Below are positions 41,928 to 54,715 of a stretch of DNA of 64,000 nt, one piece after another. This DNA comes from Bifidobacterium breve (GTDB lineage Bacteria; Actinomycetota; Actinomycetes; Nanopelagicales; Nanopelagicaceae). The translations under genes were made by a program, and so were the position numbers. How positions within the stretch are numbered: the stretch's first letter is position 1; each line of letters begins with the position of its first letter. The notes below the pieces were generated by a model that was given only the letters and a program-made list of their open reading frames with translations, did no database searches and was not told the origin of the DNA. The stretch spans positions 148-64,147 of the forward strand of contig CAMBGS010000001.1 of assembly GCA_945866305.1 (NCBI GenBank), written 5' to 3'.

Positions 41928-43478
41928 TCATTCCCACTCGATGGTTCCAGGTGGCTTAGACGTTACATCCAAAACCACTCGATTAACTTCACGTACTTCA
42001 TTGGTAATTCTAGTAGAAATCTTTTCTAAGGTCTCATATGGAATGCGCGACCAATCAGCGGTCATTGCATCTTCGCTAGACACTGGACGCAAGACAATTG
42101 GATGGCCGTAAGTCCGGCCATCGCCTTGCACGCCAACGCTGCGCACATCAGCCAGTAATACAACTGGGCATTGCCAGATCTGACGATCAAGTCCTGCCGC
42201 TTTTAACTCTTCACGCGCAATTAAATCTGCGTGGCGAAGCAAATCCAGGCGCTCTTTTGTGACTTCACCAATAATGCGGATACCAAGACCAGGACCCGGA
42301 AATGGTTGGCGCCAAACAATTTCTTCCGGCAGACCAAGTTCTAAACCAACTTGGCGCACTTCATCTTTGAATAACGTTCGAAGTGGTTCTATTAAAGTAA
42401 ATTTCAGATCATCGGGCAGACCACCTACGTTGTGATGTGACTTAATATTTGCTGTTCCTGTGCCGCCGCCGGATTCCACAACATCGGGATAGAGAGTGCC
42501 TTGTACTAAGAATTCCACATCACCACCGGCTGCAATATTGCGGGCCGCTTTTTCAAAGGAGCGGATAAATTCGCGGCCAATAATCTTTCGCTTAGTTTCT
42601 GGGTCGGTCACACCTGCAAGTGCGCTGAGGAATTGATCAACTGCATCGACCACAACTAGATCAATACCGGTGGCTGCTACAAAATCACGTTGTACTTGCT
42701 CAGATTCACCGCTGCGCAATAAACCGTGATCAACAAAGACACAAGTAAGTTGTGCGCCTACTGCTCGCTGAATGATCGCTGCCGCAACCGCTGAATCGAC
42801 TCCACCAGATAAACCACAGATAACGCGCTTGCTGCCAATTACTGTTTTTGCCTTTGCAATTTCATTTTCTGCGATATTGCCAGTGGTCCAATCTGGTTGG
42901 CAACCAGCAATATTTATCAACCAATTTTTAAGTATTGCCTGCCCGTGTTCTGAATGTAGAACTTCCGGGTGAAATTGCACGCCGGCGATCTTTCCGGTGG
43001 CATCCTCGAAAGCAGCGATTGGTGTATCAGTAGTTACTGCGCACACTGTAAATCCTGCAGGTGCTTCCGTTACAGCATCACCATGTGACATCCAAACACT
43101 TTGCACTGCCGGAAGAGTTGAGAAGATTTTTGAAGTTGATTCAGCTTTTATCTCGGTGCGACCGAACTCTGACTTACCGGTCTGACTAACCACTCCGCCA
43201 AGAGCGGCGGCCATTGCTTGGAAGCCATAACAAATTCCAAATACCGGAATTCCGAGTTTTAAAATATCAGCATCAAACTTTGGGGCTCGGTCGGCGTAAA
43301 CACTGGATGGCCCACCTGATAGAACAATTGCTGCCGGGTTCTTTGCCGTAACTTCTGCGGCGGTAATGTGTGAAGGAACAATTTCAGAGTAAACGTTTGC
43401 TTCGCGTACGCGACGGGCGATCAGTTGGGCATATTGCGCGCCGAAATCAACGACTAAGACTCCGTTTTTAGAATTCAA
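41928..43478 (-). CDS. guaA: GMP synthase (glutamine-hydrolysing)
   Basis: [43 protein letters not shown]. Confidence 0.97.
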   Translation of the reverse strand: MNSKNGVLVVDFGAQYAQLIARRVREANVYSEIVPSHITAAEVTAKNPAAIVLSGGPSSVYADRAPKFDADILKLGIPVFGICYGFQAMAAALGGVVSQTGKSEFGRTEIKAESTSKIFSTLPAVQSVWMSHGDAVTEAPAGFTVCAVTTDTPIAAFEDATGKIAGVQFHPEVLHSEHGQAILKNWLINIAGCQPDWTTGNIAENEIAKAKTVIGSKRVICGLSGGVDSAVAAAIIQRAVGAQLTCVFVDHGLLRSGESEQVQRDFVAATGIDLVVVDAVDQFLSALAGVTDPETKRKIIGREFIRSFEKAARNIAAGGDVEFLVQGTLYPDVVESGGGTGTANIKSHHNVGGLPDDLKFTLIEPLRTLFKDEVRQVGLELGLPEEIVWRQPFPGPGLGIRIIGEVTKERLDLLRHADLIAREELKAAGLDRQIWQCPVVLLADVRSVGVQGDGRTYGHPIVLRPVSSEDAMTADWSRIPYETLEKISTRITNEVREVNRVVLDVTSKPPGTIEWE

Positions 43479-43482
43479 TCGA

Positions 43483-44592
43483 TTAAGCCCCGTGAATAAT
43501 GACTTCTACGCGCTGGAAAGCTTTCACATCTGAGTAACCAGATGTTGCCATTGCGCGGCGAAGTGCGCCGAATAAGTTCATAGAACCATCAGATGTATGA
43601 GATGGGCCAAGTAAAATCTCTTCAATTGAACCAACGGTGCCAACATTTACACGTTCGCCACGTGGCAACTCTTGGTGATGCGCTTCTGATCCCCAGTGCC
43701 ATCCAAGTCCAGGTGCTTCAACTGCTTTAGCAAGTGGTGATCCCATCATTACCGCATCGGCCCCACAAGCAATTGCCTTTGCAATATCTCCAGAGCGACC
43801 AACAGAACCATCGGCAATAACGTGTACGTAACGTCCACCTGATTCATCCAAGTATTCACGTCGCGCTGCAGCAACTTCAGCGACTGCCGATGCCATCGGA
43901 ACTTCAATTCCTAATACTTTGCGAGTTGTGTGAGCTGCTCCGCCCCCAAAACCGACTAGTACTCCTGCAGCACCTGCACGCATTAAGTGAAGTGCGCCAG
44001 TTGCCGTGGCAACTCCACCAACAATTACTGGCACATCTAGTTCGTAGATAAATTTCTTTAAGTTAAGCGCTGATTCGTCGTTGCCAACGTGTTCTGCTGA
44101 AACTGTGGTGCCGCGAATTACGAAGATATCAACGCCGGCATCGATTACCGCTTTATGCAGTTCTGCGGTGCGTTGGGGGGAAAGGGATGCCGCAACTGTT
44201 ACACCAGCATCGCGAATCATTTTGATGCGCTCTTTAATTAACTCTGGGCGAATAGGCGCGCTGTAAATTTCTTGCATACGGCGAGTGGCGTGTTTATCGG
44301 GCATCGATGCGATTTCACCAAGTGGAATACGCGGATCGTCATAACGCGTCCAAAGGCCTTCTAGATTTAAAACACCTAAGCCGCCGAGTTTGCCGATTGC
44401 AATTGCAGTATCTGGTGAGACAACGGAATCCATCGGCGCTGCCAACATTGGGATATCAAATTTATAAGCATCGATCTGCCAAGCAGTTGAAACATCTTCG
44501 GGGTTGCGTGTGCGGCGACTTGGGACAATTGCGATGTCATCGAAAGAGAAAGCTTGGCGGGCGCGTTTTCCTGGTGCAATTTCGATATCCAT
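43483..44592 (-). CDS. guaB3: GuaB3-family IMPDH-related protein
   Basis: [25 protein letters not shown]; His (GGGAAHTTR) where IMPDH has the catalytic Cys. Confidence 0.88.
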   Translation of the reverse strand: MDIEIAPGKRARQAFSFDDIAIVPSRRTRNPEDVSTAWQIDAYKFDIPMLAAPMDSVVSPDTAIAIGKLGGLGVLNLEGLWTRYDDPRIPLGEIASMPDKHATRRMQEIYSAPIRPELIKERIKMIRDAGVTVAASLSPQRTAELHKAVIDAGVDIFVIRGTTVSAEHVGNDESALNLKKFIYELDVPVIVGGVATATGALHLMRAGAAGVLVGFGGGAAHTTRKVLGIEVPMASAVAEVAAARREYLDESGGRYVHVIADGSVGRSGDIAKAIACGADAVMMGSPLAKAVEAPGLGWHWGSEAHHQELPRGERVNVGTVGSIEEILLGPSHTSDGSMNLFGALRRAMATSGYSDVKAFQRVEVIIHGA

Positions 44593-44603
44593 GGTGGCCT
44601 TCC

Positions 44604-45746
<1,143 letters not shown>

Positions 45747-45763
45747 CTAGTCTAACTTGAGAA

Positions 45764-46639
45764 TTAGGCGCCGATTGCCTGCTTAATTTCTGAACAAGCC
45801 AGCGCTAAATCATCGGCAAAGGCTGCATCTACACACTCAGTGCGATCCCAGCCTGGTCCACCGAGGATAAAGCGCGGTGAAGGTCGAACAGCTGGAATAT
45901 CGCGGAAGAATTTTGGGTCTCCATTTTTAGGTAGTTGCGCCCAGAGAAAGACTGCTGGTGGCGCGCTGCGCTCAACCACATTAGAGAGGGCTTCCAGAGG
46001 CGTGCGCGCTCCCATGAAATTGCATTCAATCTTCGCCTCGGCTAACGCTGCATGTAAAGCGTGTAGCGCAAGGCAATGCAGTTCTTCACCAACTGATGCT
46101 AGTAAGACGGGGCGGGCATTTAACGGTGTTTTAATCGTCTTGGCACGTTCTCTCAAAATCCCAGTAATTATCTCTGAAAGTAAGTGCTCTACTTCAATGC
46201 CAGCACCGGTTTCAGCCCAAATATCTCCAACAATAATTAGCACAGGAACTATTACTTCTTGCCAGCTATCAATTACTCCATATTTTTCAATATCTCTACG
46301 GATGATTGTTTCAACAAAATTTCTATCCAAAGAATTGGCGGCCTTAACTATTGCTGCGACTACATCCTCGCGAACCTCAAGTGACTTAATGATCTTTTCA
46401 ACTTTTACTTCGCCTTTGTGGGTAAGTGCTTGTTCTGCAGCATCAGCCGGAGCGACCCCTGCTGAAATTAATCGGCGCATCAAAGTTAACTTTGCTAAAT
46501 CACTTGCGCAGTAACGGCGGTGCTCACCAGCCTCGTGTCCAGATGGTCCAAGGCCATAGCGCCGAGCCCAGGTTCGAAGCGTGGCCGGGGCGACTCCGAT
46601 TTGTCGGGCAACCGCCGCAACCGTCAAGAGCTCTTCCAT
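45764..46639 (-). CDS. MerR-HTH + B12-binding-domain regulator (CarH/LitR-like)
   Basis: TVAAVARQIGVAPATLRTWARRYG..HRRY MerR HTH; WAETGAGIEVEH (W-x9-EH); GEELHCL (ExH); ILGGPGW; start ATG 46639. Confidence 0.82.
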   Translation of the reverse strand: MEELLTVAAVARQIGVAPATLRTWARRYGLGPSGHEAGEHRRYCASDLAKLTLMRRLISAGVAPADAAEQALTHKGEVKVEKIIKSLEVREDVVAAIVKAANSLDRNFVETIIRRDIEKYGVIDSWQEVIVPVLIIVGDIWAETGAGIEVEHLLSEIITGILRERAKTIKTPLNARPVLLASVGEELHCLALHALHAALAEAKIECNFMGARTPLEALSNVVERSAPPAVFLWAQLPKNGDPKFFRDIPAVRPSPRFILGGPGWDRTECVDAAFADDLALACSEIKQAIGA

Positions 46640-46703
46640 GGCCCTATCGTGGCGTGAAGTAGCCCACCTCACCACTTGAAACACGCTCACAGTGTGGCGA
46701 AAC

Positions 46704-46757
46704 GAACAACTTTTGGCGCGTTAGATACTTGAACAACCTATGGCGCGGTTGTAAGGT
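46704..46757 (+). promoter_or_regulatory. whiB3 promoter with candidate operator repeats
   Basis: -35 TTGAAC (46729-34), 17-nt spacer, -10 TAAGGT (46752-57); 17-bp direct repeats at 46704 and 46731 (15/17 identical); inverted repeat ACAACC-N8-GGTTGT (46733-46752). Confidence 0.65.
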
Positions 46758-46787
46758 TGGGATACTCGACAAAGCAAGGAGACCAAC

Positions 46788-47087
46788 ATGGCTGAACTAT
46801 CACGTCTACCGCTTCCAATCGCAGATCATTGGGAATGGCAGTACCAAGGCGCTTGCCGCGAACTCCCTGCCGAGATGTTCTTTCATCCAGATGGCGAACG
46901 TGGACCACGACGCCGCAATCGCGAGAACGCTGCAAAAGCGGTCTGCGCAGCTTGCCCAGTAATCGCAGCTTGTCGCGCACACGCTTTGGCAGTTCAAGAG
47001 CCATACGGAATTTGGGGCGGTCTCTCAGAAGATGATCGCGCAGTATTGCTCGGTAAAGAAGAGCCAACTATTTACGAAGCGTCATAA
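46788..47087 (+). CDS. whiB3: WhiB-family Fe-S transcription factor, WhiB3/WhiD-like
   Basis: WEWQYQGAC, FFHPDGERG, CAACPVIAAC, EPYGIWGGLSE; SD AAGGAG. Confidence 0.88.
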   Translation: MAELSRLPLPIADHWEWQYQGACRELPAEMFFHPDGERGPRRRNRENAAKAVCAACPVIAACRAHALAVQEPYGIWGGLSEDDRAVLLGKEEPTIYEAS

Positions 47088-47109
47088 GAAAAAACATATT
47101 AGAAATAAG

Positions 47110-47145
47110 AAATCCCCCGCACTCAATGAGTACGGGGGATTTTTT
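47110..47145. terminator. Bidirectional intrinsic terminator (whiB3/groEL)
   Basis: AAATCCCCCGCACTC-AAT-GAGTACGGGGGATTTTTT. Confidence 0.85.
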
Positions 47146-47149
47146 AAAC

Positions 47150-49083
<1,934 letters not shown>

Positions 49084-49100
49084 GGTTTTTTCTCCTTCAA

Positions 49101-49127
49101 TTAGCAGTGTGTGGCTGAGAGTGCTAA
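49101..49127 (-). promoter_or_regulatory. CIRCE element (HrcA operator)
   Basis: Minus strand TTAGCACTC-N9-CACTGCTAA (consensus TTAGCACTC-N9-GAGTGCTAA), abutting promoter TTGAGC (49155-50)-17-TACTGT (49132-27). Confidence 0.85.
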
Positions 49128-49135
49128 CAGTAGTT

Positions 49136-50170
49136 CTAGAGGGCCACTCGCTCAACTTGGAGGCCAGAATCGGCGTCAAAGGCCTGTGGGCCTGGTTTAC
49201 GGCCCGCAGCCACCATTAGTGAGCCCAAGGCGGCGACCATTGCCCCGTTATCGGTGCAGAGCGCTGGACTTGGGATCCGCAGGCGCACCCCTGCTTTTTC
49301 ACAGCGCTGCTCGGCTAGATATCGAAGTCTGGAATTAGCAGCTACACCACCAGCAATTACTAGCGAATCGATTCCGGTTGCCTTGCAGGCCGCCAGCGAT
49401 TTTTGCAGAAGCACATCAACGATTGATTCTTGGAAAGATGCGGCGACGTCAGCCTTTGCATAATTTGGAGTGCTTTCAAGATATCTAGCAACCGCAGTTT
49501 TTAAACCAGAGAATGAAAAATCGTAAGGTCGCGTTGCCCAATCATTGCTAGTTGTTAATCCGCGTGGAAAATCAATCGCGGTGGGCGAACCAGATTGCGC
49601 GGTGATATCAATTGCTGGGCCACCCGGAAAGCCGAGCCCCATCACACGAGCGATTTTATCGAAAGCTTCACCTGCAGCATCATCCATCGTTGCACCAAGT
49701 TTGGTAATCGTGGAGGTAATGTCATCTACCTGTAATAGCGATGAATGTCCGCCGCTTACCAAAAGTGCAATTGTTGGATCAGTTGGCAGATCGTGAGTTA
49801 AGTAATCAACGCTGATGTGCGCAGCTAAATGGTTTACTCCGTATAAAGGTTTGCCAAGTCCCAGAGCTAAACCACTTGCTGATGCAACGCCAACTAAAAG
49901 TGCGCCAACCAATCCCGGGCCTGCAGTCACAGCAACTGCGTCAATATCTTTTAATGAAATACCAGCATCACGTACTGCTTTATCAATACTTGGTAACATC
50001 GCTTCCAGATGTGCACGGCTTGCGATTTCAGGAACAACTCCCCCAAAGCGCGCATGTTCTTCAACACTTGAGGCAATGACATTGGCCAACAACTTCCGTC
50101 CACGCACGATCCCAATTGCAGTCTCATCGCAAGAAGTTTCAATTCCTAAAACAATTGGCGCGCTCATCAC
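49136..50170 (-). CDS. tsaD: tRNA t6A synthase TsaD
   Basis: [49 protein letters not shown]. Confidence 0.96.
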   Translation of the reverse strand: MMSAPIVLGIETSCDETAIGIVRGRKLLANVIASSVEEHARFGGVVPEIASRAHLEAMLPSIDKAVRDAGISLKDIDAVAVTAGPGLVGALLVGVASASGLALGLGKPLYGVNHLAAHISVDYLTHDLPTDPTIALLVSGGHSSLLQVDDITSTITKLGATMDDAAGEAFDKIARVMGLGFPGGPAIDITAQSGSPTAIDFPRGLTTSNDWATRPYDFSFSGLKTAVARYLESTPNYAKADVAASFQESIVDVLLQKSLAACKATGIDSLVIAGGVAANSRLRYLAEQRCEKAGVRLRIPSPALCTDNGAMVAALGSLMVAAGRKPGPQAFDADSGLQVERVAL

Positions 50171-50622
50171 TTGAGCTCCTTACGCATTACAAAGGCATCT
50201 AATCCAGGTCCGTAATACCCTTTGCGAGTTGAGATATTTTCATAGCCCAACTTTTCGTATAACGAGATCGCAACTGTGTTGTCCGTACCCACTTCCAGCA
50301 TCATCGCTGGGGCTTGCTTTGAAAGCGACCAATCTTCCAGAGCCTTCATAAAGTAAGTGGCAATGCCCTGGCGCGCATATTCCGGAAGAACGCCAACGGT
50401 TAAAACATCTGCTTCTACGCCAGGTGCCACAACCAATACGCCGGCGTATCCCACGATCTGATCTTCATCGTTTGTGGCAACTAAGAAATGGCGTGAATTT
50501 GGTACGCCTTTAAATTCTTCTTTAAATTGCCCCATCGACCATGGTGAATCCGCGAAGAGAACTCGCTCCATAGAAACTAAGACCGGAAGATCAAGTTGAA
50601 TTGCAGCGCGGTAGGAAATCAT
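50167..50622 (-). CDS. rimI: Ribosomal protein S18 N-acetyltransferase
   Basis: GNAT motif [26 protein letters not shown]; within the tsa operon. Confidence 0.88.
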   Translation of the reverse strand: MISYRAAIQLDLPVLVSMERVLFADSPWSMGQFKEEFKGVPNSRHFLVATNDEDQIVGYAGVLVVAPGVEADVLTVGVLPEYARQGIATYFMKALEDWSLSKQAPAMMLEVGTDNTVAISLYEKLGYENISTRKGYYGPGLDAFVMRKELK

Positions 50623-51152
50623 GTGCGCTCCGCCGTCGGCACCGCATCAGGGCGGCGCAGATACATTGGTTGAGTAACACTCTGCAAAGTACTTAACTCA
50701 ACTAACTTTTGTAAATTGGGATACTGATCAATTATGAAGTTATCTACTTCTGATGGCTTGCTAACTGCTGGTCCTGAAACTCGAACGCCGCCTTTGTATC
50801 TTGCCCAGTAAATTTCTTTACGTCGCGCATCGATCGCCACTGTGTATTCACTTTGGTCAATCGAAATCGCATCGAGTGAGCAAACGCCAATGACTGGAAT
50901 CTCGCGAGCTAGCGCAAAGGCTTGCGCAACTGAAATTCCAACTCGAAGACCGGTAAACGGACCAGGCCCCATACCAACAACTACTTGATCGGGTTTGGGG
51001 CAGATTTCTAAAGCTTTGATCACTAGTTCGGTGATCGCAAAACCATGTTCGGTTGCACCTTCGTGAAATTCTTCAAATAAAACTTTGTCGCCTTCAATAA
51101 TCCCAACAATAGTGCGCGATGTCGCAGTATCTATCGCAAGTGAAATCGTCAT
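50619..51152 (-). CDS. tsaB: tRNA t6A biosynthesis protein TsaB (compact)
   Basis: LAIDTAT, GPGPFTGLRVG, DARRKEIY, PMYLRRPDA; ATGA overlap with tsaE. Confidence 0.93.
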   Translation of the reverse strand: MTISLAIDTATSRTIVGIIEGDKVLFEEFHEGATEHGFAITELVIKALEICPKPDQVVVGMGPGPFTGLRVGISVAQAFALAREIPVIGVCSLDAISIDQSEYTVAIDARRKEIYWARYKGGVRVSGPAVSKPSEVDNFIIDQYPNLQKLVELSTLQSVTQPMYLRRPDAVPTAERT

Positions 51153-51586
51153 AGCTTTAATTCCGCCCAGCGTGGGCCGATGCCGCACCACGAAACTACT
51201 CGCTCTTCATCGGTGCGATCGATATCAATTTCCAATCGCTCATCAGATAACCGCGCAGATTCTGCGCCACCCCACTCGATAACTGTCACGGCACTTTCAC
51301 GTGCGGTATCTAGATCTAAATCATCCAGATAAAGCGCGGCTTTGCCACCTTCCAGTAAACGATAGGTATCAACGTGGATTAAGGACAACGGCCCTTTATG
51401 GATACGCGAGATCACAAAGGTAGGTGAAGTAACCTCAGTAAAGCCAAGGGCTGATCCAATGCCTTGCACCAGCACAGTTTTGCCAGCGCCAAGTGGGCCA
51501 TTTAAAAGTATGAGATCTCCGGCGCGAAGTTGCGCACCAATTCTTTTACCGAGATCGAACATCTCTTGCGCTGATGCAATCTTCAT
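51149..51586 (-). CDS. tsaE: tRNA t6A ATPase TsaE
   Basis: GPLGAGKT, VTSPTF, HVDTYRL, IEWG. Confidence 0.95.
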   Translation of the reverse strand: MKIASAQEMFDLGKRIGAQLRAGDLILLNGPLGAGKTVLVQGIGSALGFTEVTSPTFVISRIHKGPLSLIHVDTYRLLEGGKAALYLDDLDLDTARESAVTVIEWGGAESARLSDERLEIDIDRTDEERVVSWCGIGPRWAELKL

Positions 51587-51622
51587 AAGGCTTAAGGGTA
51601 CTAGTTAACGTCTGATAGAAAT

Positions 51623-51658
51623 AAAACAGGGGCCGCGCTCTAGCGCGACCCCTGTTTT
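51623..51658 (-). terminator. Intrinsic terminator after the hydrolase gene
   Basis: AAAACAGGGGCCGCGC-TCTA-GCGCGACCCCTGTTTT; the mismatch is a G-U pair on the minus strand. Confidence 0.85.
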
Positions 51659-51684
51659 GTAGGATCTTTTCTACAGCTAATTAA

Positions 51685-53331
51685 TTATTTGCTGTAGTAC
51701 TTCATCCATGGATACAAAGTATCGCGGTCGATAACAAGGCCTTTTGCCTTGCGGACCTTTGATAGCTGTAAACCAGACCAAGGCAAGTTACCGTTCTCGG
51801 CTGCAGAAATTGCAGTATCGATTACGAGCTTGTATTGAGCCATAGTGAAGTTGGTGTGACCGGCACCTGGTGTATTTGCTATTGACACTGGTGTTCCGTC
51901 AGCATTGAACTTTGACCAAGTCTTAGGAGTTACGCTCCAAAGAACTTGCAACTTACGCACTGGTGCTGCGTATGCACCGCTCTTTTGAGCGGCTTTCTTA
52001 GCAGCAGCCTTTGCGGCAGCAAAGTCTTCCTCATACAAATCAGAGTAGCGCTGAATGATTCCGGCTGGCTCGATTGGATCGTGCTGACCGATCATCATCA
52101 CTGTTGGGACTTTGATCTTGCCAGTGTGATTATAGGCAGCAGCAGCCTTTGCCAGCGCAGCAGCATCACCCTTGATGCGTGGTGCATCTGGATTTGCAGC
52201 GACAAGTGTCGACAACATTCCAGCGATTGATGCGTTACCACCAAGACCTGCGTTAAAGACAGTGCGATCTTCATCGCTTAACTGCTTTGCGTAATCAGTC
52301 TTCTGAGTATCCGCCCAAACTCCACCCATCTTCGTTTCCAGATCGCGTGCACCGGCAAGTGCATAATTCAACATACCGGCGATGTTTTCTAGAACGGCAA
52401 GTGCTGGTGCATATGCCAATGGCCATGCAGTAACAGCTGCGCCACCAGGAGTTGAGATGCTGTCAAAGGATGTGCTCTGGGTGCTGACACCGGACAAAAG
52501 ACCGATCATCAAGAGCGCACTGCGTGATGGAATTCCCTTAGCCGCAAGTGCTTTTGCTGATGTACTTGAAGTTGTTGGCCAAGCACCTGTTGCAACGCCG
52601 GCCTTAAGAGCACCGAGCAATGCAGCGTATTTAGCGCCGTCTCCCAGCATCTGCAGATCACCAGCAAGTCCTGGGGCATAACCAGTTAACTTAATTGATG
52701 GATCAAACCAAGTTTTAAGTAGCCACAACATATCAATGAAGTACTTGGTCTGTGAGTTAAATGCATCAACGGGGTTCATAACCGCAGCTGAAGCAAGTAG
52801 CTCTGGGTTCTTCTCGGCAAATGCCTGAGTAATTCCGCCACCCATTGAGTAACCCCAAGCAACAACCTTCTTAGTTGTTGTGAACTTTGTCTTAAAGACA
52901 CCAACTAATTCAGCGTTTGTCTTTAGCGCTTCATCAAGGTTCCATGCCTGAGTGCTGAAACCAGAACCCATCACAGCAACGCCCTTATCAGTTAGGTACT
53001 TAATGAGTTCAGCGTTTCCGCCGTTGTCACCAGTACCGTTTGGAGCTAACTGCGCTGAAGAGTCAATCGGTAACGTGTAACCAGGCACATAGGTGTTTGA
53101 ACCAAACCCGTGTGACCAGATAGTTACGGTGCCATTAAATGTTGCAGGGACAACCATCTTGTAGGCAGCGCCGTCAGATGTAGTTCCGGTACAAGTCTGT
53201 ACTGGCGTTTTGCCATCACAAGTTGGACCAGTTGCCGCAGCGTTTGCTGGTGCTGCAACTACCAGCGTTGCAAGCAACGCAGTTGTTGAAACTAGCGCGA
53301 ATGCGCGTGATTTAAACGATGTAGTTCTCAT
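51685..53331 (-). CDS. Secreted alpha/beta-hydrolase of unknown substrate
   Basis: Sec signal (..APANA|AAT); WSHG oxyanion motif; nucleophile elbow GYSMGG; candidate Asp (GQHDP) and His (GAGHTNF). Confidence 0.75.
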   Translation of the reverse strand: MRTTSFKSRAFALVSTTALLATLVVAAPANAAATGPTCDGKTPVQTCTGTTSDGAAYKMVVPATFNGTVTIWSHGFGSNTYVPGYTLPIDSSAQLAPNGTGDNGGNAELIKYLTDKGVAVMGSGFSTQAWNLDEALKTNAELVGVFKTKFTTTKKVVAWGYSMGGGITQAFAEKNPELLASAAVMNPVDAFNSQTKYFIDMLWLLKTWFDPSIKLTGYAPGLAGDLQMLGDGAKYAALLGALKAGVATGAWPTTSSTSAKALAAKGIPSRSALLMIGLLSGVSTQSTSFDSISTPGGAAVTAWPLAYAPALAVLENIAGMLNYALAGARDLETKMGGVWADTQKTDYAKQLSDEDRTVFNAGLGGNASIAGMLSTLVAANPDAPRIKGDAAALAKAAAAYNHTGKIKVPTVMMIGQHDPIEPAGIIQRYSDLYEEDFAAAKAAAKKAAQKSGAYAAPVRKLQVLWSVTPKTWSKFNADGTPVSIANTPGAGHTNFTMAQYKLVIDTAISAAENGNLPWSGLQLSKVRKAKGLVIDRDTLYPWMKYYSK

Positions 53332-54638
53332 TAGTTTGGCAATCCCTTCGCAGGCATCTTTGGACGAGCATAGGTTGATTTCACAACAGCGCCAGTACCG
53401 GAATCTGTGGTGTAAGGCGTGTATGTGAATGTGTCGTTAGGGACAAGATCGCCAGTACGGTTGAAAGTACCGAACCAGTATCCGTTGTAACCGACGTTGC
53501 TTGTCTTGGAATAGTTCAGAGGAACCAAGCCAGCGTTAGCAAATTTCGCTCCATTGTTATCAATGGCGGCAAGAAGTGATTTACGAGTTAAGTTCTTACC
53601 AGCGGACTGAAGGGCCTGAACAGCAATAAATGCGGTATTCATACCGATAAGTGCCCAGCTAGTGAACTTAGCGCCTTTGTTGTACTGAGTATTAATATCC
53701 TTGAACAACTCAACGTACTCATCCTTTGGATCAACAACTGATGGCATAAATGACATCGAGGTTGCGCCAATGATGTAAGGAACTGTCGCTGGGTTAATTG
53801 ATCCGATATCTGCACCGACAGAACCAAGGATCCACTTAGGCGCATATTGCACCTTTGCAGCGGCCAAGATTGTGTACAAGGTTGCACTTGCTACACCGAA
53901 TACAACCTGGACTTCGCATCCCTTGCCTTTGAACTTAGTGATCCATGATTCTGGGACGCCAGCCACACCTTGAGATAGTGATGGGTAAGCAACGGTTTCT
54001 GCGAATACTAAGTTGCCGTAATCCTTACCGAAGCCGACAAGAGCGTCATCGCCAAAGTCATCATCCTGATACAACAGACAAACTTTCTTACCTGGGTAAG
54101 TTTCGTTTACATATTTACCCATCAACTTTGCTTCCATAATGTATGAAGGCAAGATGGTGGATGAAGTTGGATAGGTTTTACGATTAGTAAATCCGCTAAA
54201 GCCAGTGTTAACAAAGAGGCTTGGGATTCCGCGGCGGCCGAGGTTTACGGCAGATGCAACAGCTTTATTATTTGCTGTTCCAAGAGCGCCGATAACTGCA
54301 AGGACCTTATCTTTACCAATTAAATCTTGAGTGTTCTGAATGGCTTGCTTTGGAAGATAACCATCATTTTTTACAACAAGGCTGATCTTGCGACCATTTA
54401 CGCCACCGTTTGCGTTGACATAATCAAAATATGCCTTCATCGCACCTGGTAGTTGGTTGTAGCCGAAGCTGGCTGAGCCTGTCATTGGCAAGGTGATGCC
54501 AAGTTTGATTGTGCTTGAGGTGACGCCAATTTCTGAACGCGGCGACACAGCCTGTGCCGGCATAACAGAGAGTGAGAGCGCTGTTGTAGCCATCACCGCG
54601 GAAGCTACGAGAAACTTCCGACGAGTCGTTCTGATCAT
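53331..54638 (-). CDS. Liv/HAAT-type ABC substrate-binding protein
   Basis: Tat-like TRRKFL signal; IKLGITLPMTG, YVNANGGVNGRKI, YQDDDFG. Confidence 0.85.
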   Translation of the reverse strand: MIRTTRRKFLVASAVMATTALSLSVMPAQAVSPRSEIGVTSSTIKLGITLPMTGSASFGYNQLPGAMKAYFDYVNANGGVNGRKISLVVKNDGYLPKQAIQNTQDLIGKDKVLAVIGALGTANNKAVASAVNLGRRGIPSLFVNTGFSGFTNRKTYPTSSTILPSYIMEAKLMGKYVNETYPGKKVCLLYQDDDFGDDALVGFGKDYGNLVFAETVAYPSLSQGVAGVPESWITKFKGKGCEVQVVFGVASATLYTILAAAKVQYAPKWILGSVGADIGSINPATVPYIIGATSMSFMPSVVDPKDEYVELFKDINTQYNKGAKFTSWALIGMNTAFIAVQALQSAGKNLTRKSLLAAIDNNGAKFANAGLVPLNYSKTSNVGYNGYWFGTFNRTGDLVPNDTFTYTPYTTDSGTGAVVKSTYARPKMPAKGLPN

Positions 54639-54660
54639 ATTTTTCCTTCCATCGAGGGGT

Positions 54661-54701
54661 ATAACGGGGTAGATCTGTACTGCTTAGTGCCCGTTATCAT
54701 A
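54661..54701 (-). promoter_or_regulatory. Internal promoter for binding protein + hydrolase, with inverted repeat
   Basis: -10 TATGAT (54701-54696); 8-bp inverted repeat ATAACGGG (54661-68)/CCCGTTAT (54690-97); SD GGAAGG before ATG 54638. Confidence 0.5.
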
Positions 54702-54715
54702 CGAGCGCTTTACAT

